From NCBI GenBank assembly GCA_045837725.1, contig JBEWZL010000215.1:186001-250000 (forward strand): a stretch of DNA of 64,000 nt. The letters run 5' to 3'. Made by a program: the position numbers and the translations under genes. Below the pieces are notes generated by a model. It ran no database searches and had not been told where the DNA came from. It saw nothing but the letters and a program-made list of their open reading frames with translations. Shown one piece after another: positions 10,918 through 23,145 of this stretch. Source of the DNA: Vermamoeba vermiformis. Taxonomy: Eukaryota. How positions within the stretch are numbered: the stretch's first letter is position 1; every line of letters starts with the position of its first letter.

Positions 10918-13079
10918 TTATTGCCTGGTGTCCTCTTGGACAGTAATATCAAAAAATGTTCGACTGCTATCGATATTCTCGTCGATCCATTGTTTCAATT
11001 CTTTTGTAATCGGATGCCAACACCATAACGTCAGAGTATTGTTTGGATGACTTTCTAGCAGCCTCTTAATGTTATGAATCGAATCTGAAGAGAAAGGGAC
11101 GTTAGTACTCGAGCTGGCAGTAATTAAATTGAGTCAATGTCAAAAGTGTCTCAACGAATCAAATCATCTTGGAATTATTACGAAGTTGACTGGTGAAACA
11201 GCGAGCCATATAAGGCCAAAGCACAAAATGACGTCACCGCACACAAATTGGCTCACATCCTCAATAGAAGACTAGCGCATAAAGAATGAATGTTTGAGAC
11301 ATATATTAGAGCGGTATGCACGAGGGGATATTGGCATACGTCGCAGTGAGTTATAAGTCAATTTAAGCAACACTTCCAATTTTAGAATCACATTTGGCGC
11401 CGGTTGGTCCACATCAGGAAGTGCAAGAAAGCGAGACAATGAGCTCGTATTGCATGAACAACAAGTACTCGCCGAGTAATGCTCACTATATAGTGACACG
11501 TGACATACCTTTAACTAAGTGCACTGCAACGGGGAATGTAACATTGAGGTTGTCGCCGCCCAGCCTTCGAGCCTTGTCTGTGACTGCCAGCATTTGTTCG
11601 ATGTGCGTGTTATTGTACACGGCCTGTTCGTTCTTGGCGACTTTCCAGCCAATTGATAGCATCGCGTCGGGGAATTCTTTCGTGCAGGTTTTGATGAACT
11701 GATTTGGGTCGAACAACACCTTGTCTGTAGACTCTGTGCCATACAAAAGATCGTTAGTATTATTGCAGGTCACGTCTCGCGCTGGAAAATCTCCGCGGTC
11801 AGCTGATTTATTGGCCATAAATGGTTAGCGAATAATCATTAGACCGGGCTAACGGCGGATAGTTTAATTAAATTGTACGACTGTATGTATAATCAAAACA
11901 CTGTATACTCGATCAACGGCATGACTTTTAAATTCGCGTATAATGCCATTAAAAGCGTTCTAAAAATAGGCAGCTGAAATTTTATGTATTTGTTGAGTAT
12001 GCGTATGAAAGTCGCTGCTAAATCAGATCTCGTCACTAATGCTTAACGGTCGTATCGTCAGTCACTAGGACTTGATGCGGGCAATACGCGCAAATTAACC
12101 GAAGACGTGTGTTGGGAGATTTCATTACCTGGTCCGGACAAAATATCTGCATTTAACCAAACGGGCATAAGTGCTGGTAATTTGTGTTCTTCTTGCAATC
12201 TCTTCAATACTTTCAAGCAGTAGTCTAGATAAGCATAAGGCGTCAGTACGTATTATAAATTATGTACCGGAAAAAAAGCCACGAAGAATTTTCAGATGCG
12301 TGCAATCTTTTTTTAGATCTGTGTGTGCGTGGTGTTCGGATCCAAGCTAAATATGCATTGGTTCGTGGGTTGTATGCCCCAAACCACTTATTCTCAAGTT
12401 TGCAACAAATTTAAAATGACAAAAGTTGCGGATTTACCGTTGTGTTTCCTCCGTACCACACAACCAAATGTAACTGCCGTTACAGTATAATTATCGCATA
12501 TAATAACATGTTTGCAGGGAATTGAATATAAACTGCACGGTCATGGTTGATTTCGCAATATTTTCTTAACGAGACGTCAGCCGAAAATCTTCAAATTCGA
12601 TTTGCTGATTTAAGCTACGGTCCAGATAAAGGTTTTTGCGTAAAGGGAAATGACCAACCTCCTTATAAAAGTCGATTTGGTATTTAGTGGGTGCACGATC
12701 GCAAAAATAATAAACCGTTTTCAGCTTACAGAAATAATCGCAATATCAGCGTGCCCAAATGATGCAAAATGGTATAAATATACTTACCAACTACTACTGG
12801 CACTTTAAAATCGAGTTTAACGCCTTTTGGTCTTTCAGCGTGAATCTGATTGTGCATGCAGACGCCAATTATGAAGTCACTGAACATTAAATCACTTTGC
12901 ACTGCTGGTGGATGTGCCATAATTACTTGGCCTTCGTGGGAAAGCAATACATCCGCTTCTAGCATGTGAATATTGGGATCGGCTAGTGAACGTTCCAAAT
13001 ATTCTTGACTATTGACGGCATGGGCCCAAACAATATCTGAGGTTTTGTTTAGTGCAAAATATCGCAGTGTATTCTCCAT
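10918..13079 (-). CDS. FAM151/menorin (DUF2181)-like TIM-barrel protein; 4 exons with long introns
   Basis: IVWAHAVNS, HMLEADVL, IMAHPP, KGVKLDFK, PVWLNADILSGP, LSIGW, VTFPV, TLTLW...RTFFDI; introns ~12787-12226, ~12128-11734, ~11508-11086. Confidence 0.88.
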
Positions 13080-14026
13080 CTAAAATAAATAATAAAAGGG
13101 GACGCGGCAAATGACCGAAATATAATACAAAGCAAATGCAAAATCGATTGACTGAGCAAAGCGTCCGCAGCAAATGGCTAGTATAAATAAAGCCACCTGT
13201 GTTGCACAGAAAAGTCGCGACAATGATTGCCAAGGATTTCGGAGGTTTTCTTTGTTGGTCAAAAACTAGAACACGAAATCCACAACTTTTCATTCCAAAT
13301 GACGAAGACGTGGCGCGGGCTTATTGCAGCGTATCTGTGTTTTTTATCATAGTCACTTATTCAGCAATACTGAATTAAAGAGGTGAGTTTTTAAACGCTT
13401 GTTGCATCTAATATTGCATTTTCGTTTATGACCCGAAGCGAACGATCATTAAATTGTCCGAGACCTCCTTTTCTGGTTATATCGGATGGCAAACTGGGGC
13501 ATCTAGTCAAATTTAAATTAAATCAAATAATACTTTTTGGATATTCATCCATTTTTTGTGCTGCTTTGCTTATTAATTGCGATTTAGGATAGGAAATGGA
13601 TTATTTAATATTCAGAATGCTAGTATCATCGCAAACAAATCGTTAATTCGTTAAAATTGGGTCACGCGTTTCGGATTAGAAAACGAAATTGCAGAGTACT
13701 TTTGTTGGCAAGATCTGCGCTACTTGGCTTCTCGTCCTGCATTATCAAAGAGAATTTTTTTGCTCGTGTTTGGCACTCCTCGCGCACGAAAGCGGAGCTC
13801 AAAATGTCTAGCTGTGACTTTTGCCCAGTACGAGCCACGCGAAACCCGAAGAAGCTCCATTTGGCACAACTTCATTCATTTTTTGGCAAATTCTTTTAAT
13901 CGTAAGTTGGGAACGTTGGTCTGTTCTGCGTTAAGGGACACGTCGTTAAAACAGCCAGCAGCTTTTCATTCGTACACTGTCCCGAACCAGCACCACAACT
14001 GAACTGGTAGTAAAGTAATCGAAGTG

Positions 14027-15823
14027 ATGTCTCACAAAAGAAAAGCAGAAGAAGGAGTGGACGTTGAAGAGTCAGCAACGAAAAAAATAAAACTGATCGA
14101 TATTTCAGATGTCAAGGTAAAAATTGCAACATGGAGCTCGTTTGCACTCCAATAATTGAGTAATTTACTGATAAATTTATCTCAATATAATTTAGAATCA
14201 TTAATAACCATTTTGAAGTCAGGAGACGCTCCGACATTTTCTTTCGTTTTTCTTCCGGAGGAGATCATCAAGCATCTCATCTTGAAGTTCTTTGACTTCA
14301 GAGACTGGCTCAAACTCGTTATCGTGTGCAAGCAGTGGCAAGCAGCAGCTCAACAGTCACAGCTGAACAAACAACTCGTTTTCCGAACACCACTTAAAGC
14401 AGCAGTCGCGTGCTCTATTATTGCAAAATATCGCGTCAACACTCTCGTAGTAGATGAACCTACAATACTGATACGTAAGCTAGATCGACTTCTCCAGGCC
14501 TCGACATCCGTCACAACACTCGTGCTAGATGAGGGCTCCGCGGTATCGATTATGAAGTCACTAGCGCAGTTACAGTGGCCTCACATCACGACACTCGCCA
14601 TTGAGAGTTCACTAGAGCAGTATCAATTCCCAATGGTATCCACTCTCGCAGTTTTGAAGGTGTTTCCAAACGTCACCAAACTCAGAATTGCATTTCACGA
14701 CCAGGATGGAATGAATGGACTCACGTGCCCAAGTGTGCGCGAGCTCGAGATAACTACTTCACGAAACGATTGGCACTATTTCGAGTTAATCAAGAAGACT
14801 TTTCCGGCCCTCACTAAGCTGTACGTGAACAGCGCTGAAAATGCAGCCGCACTGAAACAAATTGGCGCAATGATGAACCTGGAGCTGATTTATCAAAATC
14901 CACATCTTTCGCAGCGCGCAGAGCAGTTCAAACTAACAGTGCTCTCGTACCACGAGTACTTTAACGGATTTGGCAGAACACCTTTGCAACAGTTCTTGAC
15001 ATCCGACCAAGCAGATCTGTGCAAAGAATTGTTCACAAAGTACTCGAGCAAGCAGTACGAGAAAGACTTGCTTCATCGCGAGCCTCAATTCAACTTTCCG
15101 TTGCGCTGTCCAAAGTTCAGTGCAATGACTTACAAGGCACACGTGCTTGAAATAAAAAAAAAGAACGTGCTGTTGGCGATGGTCGAGTGCCGCTACGTGG
15201 ACTATTGGCGTGCCTTCGTTGGATTCCCCAAACAAGCGATGATAAACCAGTTAACGCAAGCCAAGAACTACTTGCCCCCTACACACAAGTCAATCGAGTC
15301 CATACTCTATGTATTGAGGAAGGTTGAAGGCGTGTCGCTCTTGTACATAGTTAACGCGATGGGCAGCGATGTGTTCAAAATGATAGCCAGTTTGACAGAC
15401 AAGGATGGCAGCACGTTATTACATGGCTACGTGACGCTTGATTTCAATTTGGAGGACTACAAGCACTTAATAGTGTTTTGCGATGTTAACGCGAGGAATC
15501 ATAAGAACGAGAACGCGGCTACAGTGGCGTTCAATCTCGGCCGATTGAAGTGTTGGCGGCAGTTGCTGGACGATGGCGCTGCAGTGCAATGCGAATTATA
15601 CAATAATGATGGTTCAGCGATTCCGCTCTTGAAGAGTATGTTGGAAGAAAGTACGCCCGTGTCAGTTCTTCAACGCTTCAGTCAGCAATTTTTACAAACT
15701 CTGCAATGGTTCTTAGCGAGATTGGGCTCCCCTGAACAACAGATATTTCACTTAATATTTGCGGAGCTTGTTCGACTCGGAGCCAATCCCATGGACATAG
15801 GCGACAACGATCCACTCATGTGA
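14027..15823 (+). CDS. F-box/LRR-like/ankyrin protein, copy 1, C-terminally truncated (possible pseudogene)
   Basis: Exon 1 MSHKRKAEE...KKIK, intron 14117-14218, F-box LPEEIIKHLILKFFDFRDWLKLVIVCKQW; stops at the first of two in-frame TGAs where the paralog continues. Confidence 0.8.
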
Positions 15824-16278
15824 TTGCAGCGCAATTGAGGACCGATTGTAAACTTCGACCGTTTGATCAAGAAGTGTGAACTCGATGTCAACGAATGTCA
15901 AGCCATTGGTCGTATGTTGGCTCTCTCATTCTAAGTAGAACTATTTTGCTTACCGTACTTCACAACAGATGACTTGCCTACTCACGCAGCTGAAACTGTC
16001 ACTTTAAGACCAGGTCTACTGCTACTGGCGCTAGCTTTCAGTTAGTAACATTCTTGATTGACGCGCTTGGCGGTGACGTGAGCACAGAAGATTGTAATGG
16101 TGATACATTGCTCACTCTAGTTAAGAATGATACGCCGGACCTCGTGATCGAGGGACTGCTTGCATGGGGCACGAAGATTGTTATGCGTAGCAAGCATCAA
16201 GGACTGTGCAAATCAATGCTAATTTTAGCGGGAAACTCGACTTGGGCCCAAATTCTTCATAGCCAACTCACAATATGA
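15824..16278 (+). pseudogene. Decayed 3' ankyrin region of copy 1
   Basis: GPIVNFDRLIKKCELDVNEC and DVSTEDCNGDTLLT align with copy 2 (GQITTYWKLIERWGLNINEC; DVNTEDQNGDTLLT), but with stops and a large deletion. Confidence 0.75.
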
Positions 16279-16513
16279 CGCTCTCCTGTCCACCTTACGC
16301 CAGCCTTGGCAAGAAGAAACGACAGGCTCGTCGAATGACCCGGTGGCCACCGGAACACTTTTAAAAGTTCGAACAACGTTGTTTGCAGATTTTTTTGTGT
16401 GCTCACAACAACGACCAAAGGACAAGGCGTTATTAGCACTTGTATGTTGTATAAGCGAAGAATTGAGGATAGACGCGTTAGTTGAAGATTAGGACGAAAA
16501 ACGGCACTTTAAA

Positions 16514-19417
16514 ATGGATGTCGAGGTAACGAAAAATTCTTTTCCTCGATACAGATATAAATACTGCCATGGAAAAGATGATAATGTATATTTAACGGAT
16601 TTATGTCACGTTACGCGACGCTAATCAATTTTTTTAAAAAAGAAGCCTATTCACGATCCGACAATTTCCTTCTCGGATCTTCCGACAGAAATCATTGATC
16701 ATTATATATTGAAGTACTTCGACTTCAGAGATTGGTTGAGGCTCGTTATCGTGTGCAAAAAATGGCTAGCGGTGGCGCGCCAGTCAGTTCTGCACAAACA
16801 ACTTGTTGTAAAGGAATCACGCGACGTAGATATAGCGTGCTCAATCCTTGCAGAGTATACTATACAAACTCTTGTATTGAATATGACATCTCCCCTTGAC
16901 CAGCTCGAAAGAATAATCAACGCTTCGACATCCGTCAAAACACTTGTGTTACACCCTCGCACCAAGTATAGAGGGTCTGCTCAGTTCAAGTTCATTCATA
17001 TCGAGACATTATCGGTGGGGGACTGGTCATTATTGAAGCACTTTCCTAATGTAACAAGACTCAAGATCCCGATTGCTAGAGCAGATCTACTTGAAAATAA
17101 TGAATTTCCGCTCGTACAAGAACTCGAGATCGAGGCAAATCAGACATCTTTCGAGTACTATGAAGGTGTTAAAAGAGAATTTCCTTCGCTGACCAAGTTG
17201 TACGTAGTCGGCGTTCAAATGAAAGAAAAAGACTTTAAGACCCTGGAAGAGATTGGCAACGCGTTGGACGTGCAGATCATAGGTTCTAATCCTTACTTGT
17301 CTCAAGCTGATGGGTTCAGTTTGACGGTCTCATACCACGAGTACTTCAACGGATGTGGCAATACACCACTGAAGAGATTCTTGGAATTCAGTCAACACGA
17401 GAAAAGCAAGGCATTATTCACAAAGTACTCGAGCAAGCAATACGAGAAAGATTTGTATCATCGCGAGCCTCAATTCAACTTTCCGTTGCGTTGTCAACAT
17501 TTTAGCCCATATGTTTGGAAAATTAACAAAAAAATATTGTCAAAACAGTGTTTGCTCGCGATGATCGAGTGTCAATTTATCACTCCGTGGCATGCATTTA
17601 GCAGTCAAAAGGTATCATGGAGCAGAGAAGAGATTATCAAGCTGTTGCAAGCCACTAATGACAGCGGCAATACTGTGCCACCAAAAAAGGCTATTGAAGC
17701 AATATTGCAATTGGTGAATGTCAGCAAATTCACACTCCCTGATATTATCGACATTATTGGCAATGAAACATTCAAAGCGATTGCGAGCGTGAAGTCCAAG
17801 AACAATTGCAACACCCTGCTGCACGAGTACGTGAAGAGCAATGACATATCTTTTGGTGACTATCAGAACCTAGTTAAGTACAGCAACGTCAATGCCGTGA
17901 ATCATAAGAACCAAAATGCAGCAACACTGGCGTTCAATAATCGGCAGTGGAAATGTTGGCAACATTTGGTAGCACACGGTGCCGATGTACAATGCGAGCA
18001 GTACTTAGATATTGCAGCCAATTGTTATTTGGAACAAGTGCTAGAACATTGCATATCGCTGGCTACACTTGAATTGTTCGATCAAAAGTTCCTGCAAAGA
18101 TTGTTGTGGTGCCTAGCCGGTGGTTTGAGATTTTCTTCCGATGAACAACGAGATCCAGAAGTGCTCGAGGAGCTAGTGCGGCTCGGGGCCAACCCACAGG
18201 ACCAAGGCCAGAATGACCCTCTTGTTTGTGTCATGGCCCGATCAGGACAAATCACAACGTATTGGAAATTGATTGAACGATGGGGGCTCAATATCAACGA
18301 GTGTGATTGTGAAGGGTACACTCCGCTCATGAGATCAATAGAGAAGTCTAGTTATAAGCGATTCGAGTATCTTTTGGCGAAAAAAGCTGATCCAAATGTA
18401 CTCGGTACGAGCTGCAGTGGAGAGGTGAGACATGCGGCCTTGTTGGCTAGTACCTCAGAGGAGAGATATTTGCAGCTGTTGCTGGACTATGGAGCAGACT
18501 TCACTGTTGAAGACGAGGACGGCAATACAGTAATCAATCGTGTTGTAAGGGAGAAATACAATACCTACGCCATCAGACTATTGGCGAACTGTGTGTCACT
18601 CGATAAGCCCAATAACGATGGCTATACTCCTCTCGCAGTGGCCATCAGTACGCAGCAAGAAGAGGTGGTCCGTCAGCTAATTTCGGCTGGTGCAGATGTG
18701 AACACCGTTGCTGGACCTCTAAATCAATCGCCATTACAGATAGCACTTGACTATGGATTCGAAGAAATAGTTAAAGTACTGTTGAAGACTAAAAGAATTG
18801 ATATAACGATCAAGGACACAGCCAACAGATCGTTTCTTTATTACGCCCTCAAAAAAGAGGGCTACGCATCTCTACGTAAGTAGCGCAATGAAATTTAATA
18901 CGGTTCTAAGTACGCGCTTATAGGTGCACTATTTCGTGATCCATTCAATGTCAAACTGCGAGCATACAACACGCCAGAGAACATCGAGTTCATCAAGTCG
19001 GAAGTTCTTGCTGTGCTCACAACGCCAGAACTGTCGCACTTTAAGACCCCTCTAATGCTCTTAGCGTTGACCAGCGTTGACTTCGTCAAATTTTGGGTTG
19101 ATGTGCTAGGCGTGGATGTGAACACCGAAGACCAGAACGGCGATACATTGCTCACGATGATCACTGTCGAGACTGAGCGGCGTGTAGTAGAGTTTTTGAT
19201 TGCACGAGGAGCGAATGTCAACCACCAGAACAAGCAGCTGAATACGGCGTTAATGCTCGTGGCGGAGATGACGAAGAATTTTCACTGTTGCCGTCTGGAG
19301 GCAATATTATTACGGGCAGGTGCATCGCTGACGATCAAGAATATGTGGGGCATTTCCCCGCTGGAACTCAAGCCCAACATAAAACAAGGCTGCGATTTAC
19401 TGAACACCTTGAAATAG
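16514..19417 (+). CDS. F-box/LRR-like/ankyrin-repeat protein, copy 2
   Basis: Probable start MDVE at 16514, intron, F-box LPTEIIDHYILKYFDFRDWLRL, many ankyrin repeats (GYTPLM, GYTPLAVA, QSPLQIA); intron 18877-18922 joins the 724-aa and 134-aa ORFs. Confidence 0.85.
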
Positions 19418-19570
19418 AGGTAACATTATCCAAAATTACGGCATATAACGACATATTAGATCGATATTTTATACGTATTTCAAAACGTGATTTGTACCGA
19501 TAAAAACCATTTGCATTTCTTCTTTCCGTTATTTTCAAAAAGGTTTTCGTTTATTTGCCCACACCACCAG

Positions 19571-19903
19571 ATGGAGACTAAATTGCGTACTTATGATTTG
19601 GGTGTTCTCAATATCGCCACAGACAGCACGGAGTACATCTGCGTTAAAGTCCCGCAAACACCCGTGGATGTAAGAAAAGTACTTGCCGAAGCACTAATAG
19701 CAGCAAAATTGTGGAATATCGAAGACGAGGAAGATATATTAGATGTGTTGTATACTACTACTGGGCAGAGGTGCTCTCCTATGATAATAATTAAAAATTT
19801 ATCGACACTGGCAATTCGAGTTGCGACCAAGGAGCAAAAGCGCAAAAGAAAACAGGCAGCTTCGAAGCATTCGGAAAATACGCCGCTTTTAATTAACAAT
19901 TAG
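19571..19903 (+). CDS. Small intronless protein with a polybasic tail and a C-terminal dileucine motif, tandem copy A
   Basis: METKLRTYD...KEQKRKRK...SENTPLLINN; a conserved duplicate lies immediately downstream. Confidence 0.7.
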   Translation: METKLRTYDLGVLNIATDSTEYICVKVPQTPVDVRKVLAEALIAAKLWNIEDEEDILDVLYTTTGQRCSPMIIIKNLSTLAIRVATKEQKRKRKQAASKHSENTPLLINN

Positions 19904-19974
19904 CGATTTATTATCGTGTAATTTTGCCGTTTTATTTTAAAAAGAAAAGTACAATAAACTACAACTCAACGCTC

Positions 19975-20304
19975 ATGGAAACCAAACTGCATAATTATCA
20001 TATAGCAGTGTTCAATGCTGATACACAACGTACCGAGTACCTCCGTATTGCAGTCCCGACAACCCCGGTGGATGTAAGAAAATTACTTGCCGATGCATTA
20101 ATCGCAGAAAAATTGTGGAATATTGAAGACGAGGAAGATATATTAGATGTTTTGTATACAACCGGGCAGAGTTGCCCACCTATGATGATAATTAAAAATA
20201 GATCTACGCTGGCTATCCGAGTTGCGACCAAGGAGCAAAAGCGCAAAAGAAGACAGGCAGCTTCAAAGCATTCGGAAAATACGCCACTTTTAATTAATGA
20301 TTAG
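19975..20304 (+). CDS. Small intronless protein, tandem copy B
   Basis: METKLHNYH...SENTPLLIND; frame preserved relative to copy A (one-codon indel). Confidence 0.7.
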   Translation: METKLHNYHIAVFNADTQRTEYLRIAVPTTPVDVRKLLADALIAEKLWNIEDEEDILDVLYTTGQSCPPMMIIKNRSTLAIRVATKEQKRKRRQAASKHSENTPLLIND

Positions 20305-21064
20305 CGATTTATTATCGTGTAATTTATTTCAGACCTCAGATTAAAAATTAAACTGAAAAAATTTGTTCGATCTACAAGAAGTCAGCGAACAATGCAAAGC
20401 CTGAATGAATACTATCAAGGAAAAATGACTGATCATTACTGTTGCGTACATCTATACAATGGATGCATTTACCCGAAGGTTCAGAATGAACCGGACACAA
20501 TCTGCAAATATTGCTCGTTCGGGACTCATGCATTGCAGTGTTGGCCAATGGAACGTATCCGGTTCTAGTGGGCCACGGTGACGAGCTTACCGTAATAGAG
20601 CTCGGATCTTAGCGAGCCAGTCTGTAAGCTCCTGGTCAATCACGTGACACGTTTATGCAATTATATGGTATAACGTACCTATTCTCCCTACGACGGTGTT
20701 GATCTCTTCGTGAGCGAACCATGTAACGTCCAATTAAGCTTTCGTTGTCATCGCTTGTAGCTGCTAGACGCTGGACAGAGTGTTAATGAATGCCTTGTCA
20801 AGCGTGATTTTAAAATGACATTGTTGGACCGTACCTGGCCGTTCAATTTCAGGCCTTGCACAGCCTTCTTCGTAGACCAACAACCCTTCTCCATTGATGA
20901 CTTCAACGTCGTGATCCAAAGAACTAATGTCACACGAAAGATGGCACGAAAAATCCAAGTCGTCAAACCCTTACTTGGCGCTCTTGAAAAAAGAGTTCTA
21001 TGCCAAGTATAGCGTAACTTCCATTGAAGACTTTGACACATGAGCGACTCTGCTTGGTGTACGG

Positions 21065-22687
21065 TCAAACTAATTCGACAGAGAAGGGCAGCGAGCGCTC
21101 ATTGGACTTGTGAGCAATGTACAACACGCTCAATTGCGTCAGTTTTTTGAGGTGCCAGCTGTTGGGAGGTATTTCGTATATCTTGAGCGATCTTAGCGAC
21201 GAGATCTGGCAAAGTGCTCGGCAAAACACTTTGATCAAAATATGATTAATACACATACATAATATATGAAGTAGTATGGTACTAAACAGAGGTATGTGAC
21301 TTACGATCAACAGACGTTTGTGGCTTGTGAATACTCGAAGGAAAGAACTGTACGTGCAGTAAATTCGTCAAATTCGAGCAGTGCTGGCCAAAGACTTCAA
21401 TGTCAAATGATTTGACGGCAGTGAGTTCTAGCGTTGATATTTGCGTCAATTTACATAGTCCTTGCTCGACATCCACTTTGTTGAAAGACGAATCCTCTAC
21501 TCGTAGTTTTTGAAGTGTTGGTATATTCACTAATTCGACTATATTTGCACTGCTATTGATAACAACATCTCTTAAGTGATTAAATACCGCCAAATTAAGT
21601 TGAGTTGGCTGCTTGATCACAAAAGTCAGATTCTGCAGATTCGTCAGGTTCGTTAGACCTTGCATATTTCTCGTAGCGTTAGCATTCTCTTCCAATATTA
21701 ATAGCGTCGTTAATAACGTTAGTGTTGCTATTGACTCGAGCATATTGGATTCGATCGTGGTGTAACTCAGATCCAAAAACGTTAGCTTCGTCAAGTGTTG
21801 TAATACAGTGTAGTCTTTATCTTCCAAGGACGAAGCATGAACCAGCTCTAAACGATCCAAGTTCGATAACCGCGTTAAATGTTGGATCGTCTTGCCGGTC
21901 ATCAGATCGAGCCAAGTGAATTCCAGACTGGTCAAGCTCGTCAAGTCCATAATTGGCAACAAATCATCGTCGGTCAGTTCCGTTGAAAATTGAATGCTAA
22001 GACACTTCAGTCGCGTTAATACATGCAATCCTTCAATGCCTACAAACAACTAGGTTAAATTGATCCAAAAAAAAATGGCTGAAATTAAAAATCTTACGAA
22101 CAGAATATAGCGTAGATGATACTGTATCTACTGGAGAATACATGAGCAAAGTCAAACGAGAGTGATCTTCCAAAATTGGAGCAAGATCGAGTGTTGTGGC
22201 TCCTCTAGGCTTGAGGCATAATTCATGTAAGTGCGTCATTTGCTTTAACATATTTCTTTCTTCCTCTGACGATACATCAAATGTAAAATTCAGCCACTTT
22301 AGTCTCGTCAAAGTTAATAATTTCGGATTTGCACGCAGCTGGCCAATATCCAATCTTTCAAGTGCCTTCATATGTCGTAACGGTATCTTGTCGATATTTG
22401 CCGCTGAAATCACTGTAACGTACGTCCATACAATCTCATTCAAAATCTTGGATGTAGCACTGAGCCTAATCAAAATTAAAATCAATTATTATTCATGTCG
22501 TACAACATAAATATTTATTGAAGTGAATTTGAAAGCCTAATTAATTTCCAAACCGTTTTTTAATTAACAAATTCATTCAATTAATTAGTTTGATTAGCAA
22601 GCGTAATTCCTACCTCCCACATTGCCGTGAAGGTAAGTATTTAATTATTTCACCCAATAAGTCCTTTGGGAGTGTCAGTACTTCCAT
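21065..22687 (-). CDS. F-box/leucine-rich repeat protein
   Basis: MEVLTLPKDLLGEIIKYL...RLSATSK F-box followed by LTxLxxLxL repeats over several exons; 3' end uncertain. Confidence 0.8.
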
Positions 22688-23145
22688 CAATATTCAACTT
22701 GAACTGCTTTCTTCAACCCATTTAATTTGTTAATACACTACAGTTAATCCAAAACGTAATACATGTGGTAGAATGGTTTAACGTTGACGGCGTATTGTTT
22801 GCTAGTGCGCAAGAACTCTTAATCTCGCGAGAGTCTCGCCAGGACTTAGGCGAGAAAATATTTCATGACGAGCTGACATGTACTTTATAATTCACATATG
22901 ACGAGCTTCGGCCTTGCGATTATAAGCAATGTAGAACAGACCTAGCATGTCGCGGATATTTGCAACCGCGCTGAATGGAGGTTTGAGTTTGACGCCTGTC
23001 AAAAATGTCGTTTTCAAATGTCAGAAAACAATACAGCGAGATTGCTGAATCAAAGAAGAACAAGAATCTTGTTCTTTTTTCATAAGACCACACGAGTTCA
23101 ATACTGTTTGAACTCAGACCTCTTCAAGTCTTAGATCCAATCAAT

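Noticed and set aside
15818-15841. In-frame TGAs aligning with Cys/Ser of the paralog (selenocysteine or recoding?)
   Set aside because: The alternative frame reads HVIAAQL (ankyrin-like), the downstream region is degraded, no SECIS was recognised, and TGA is a normal stop in other genes
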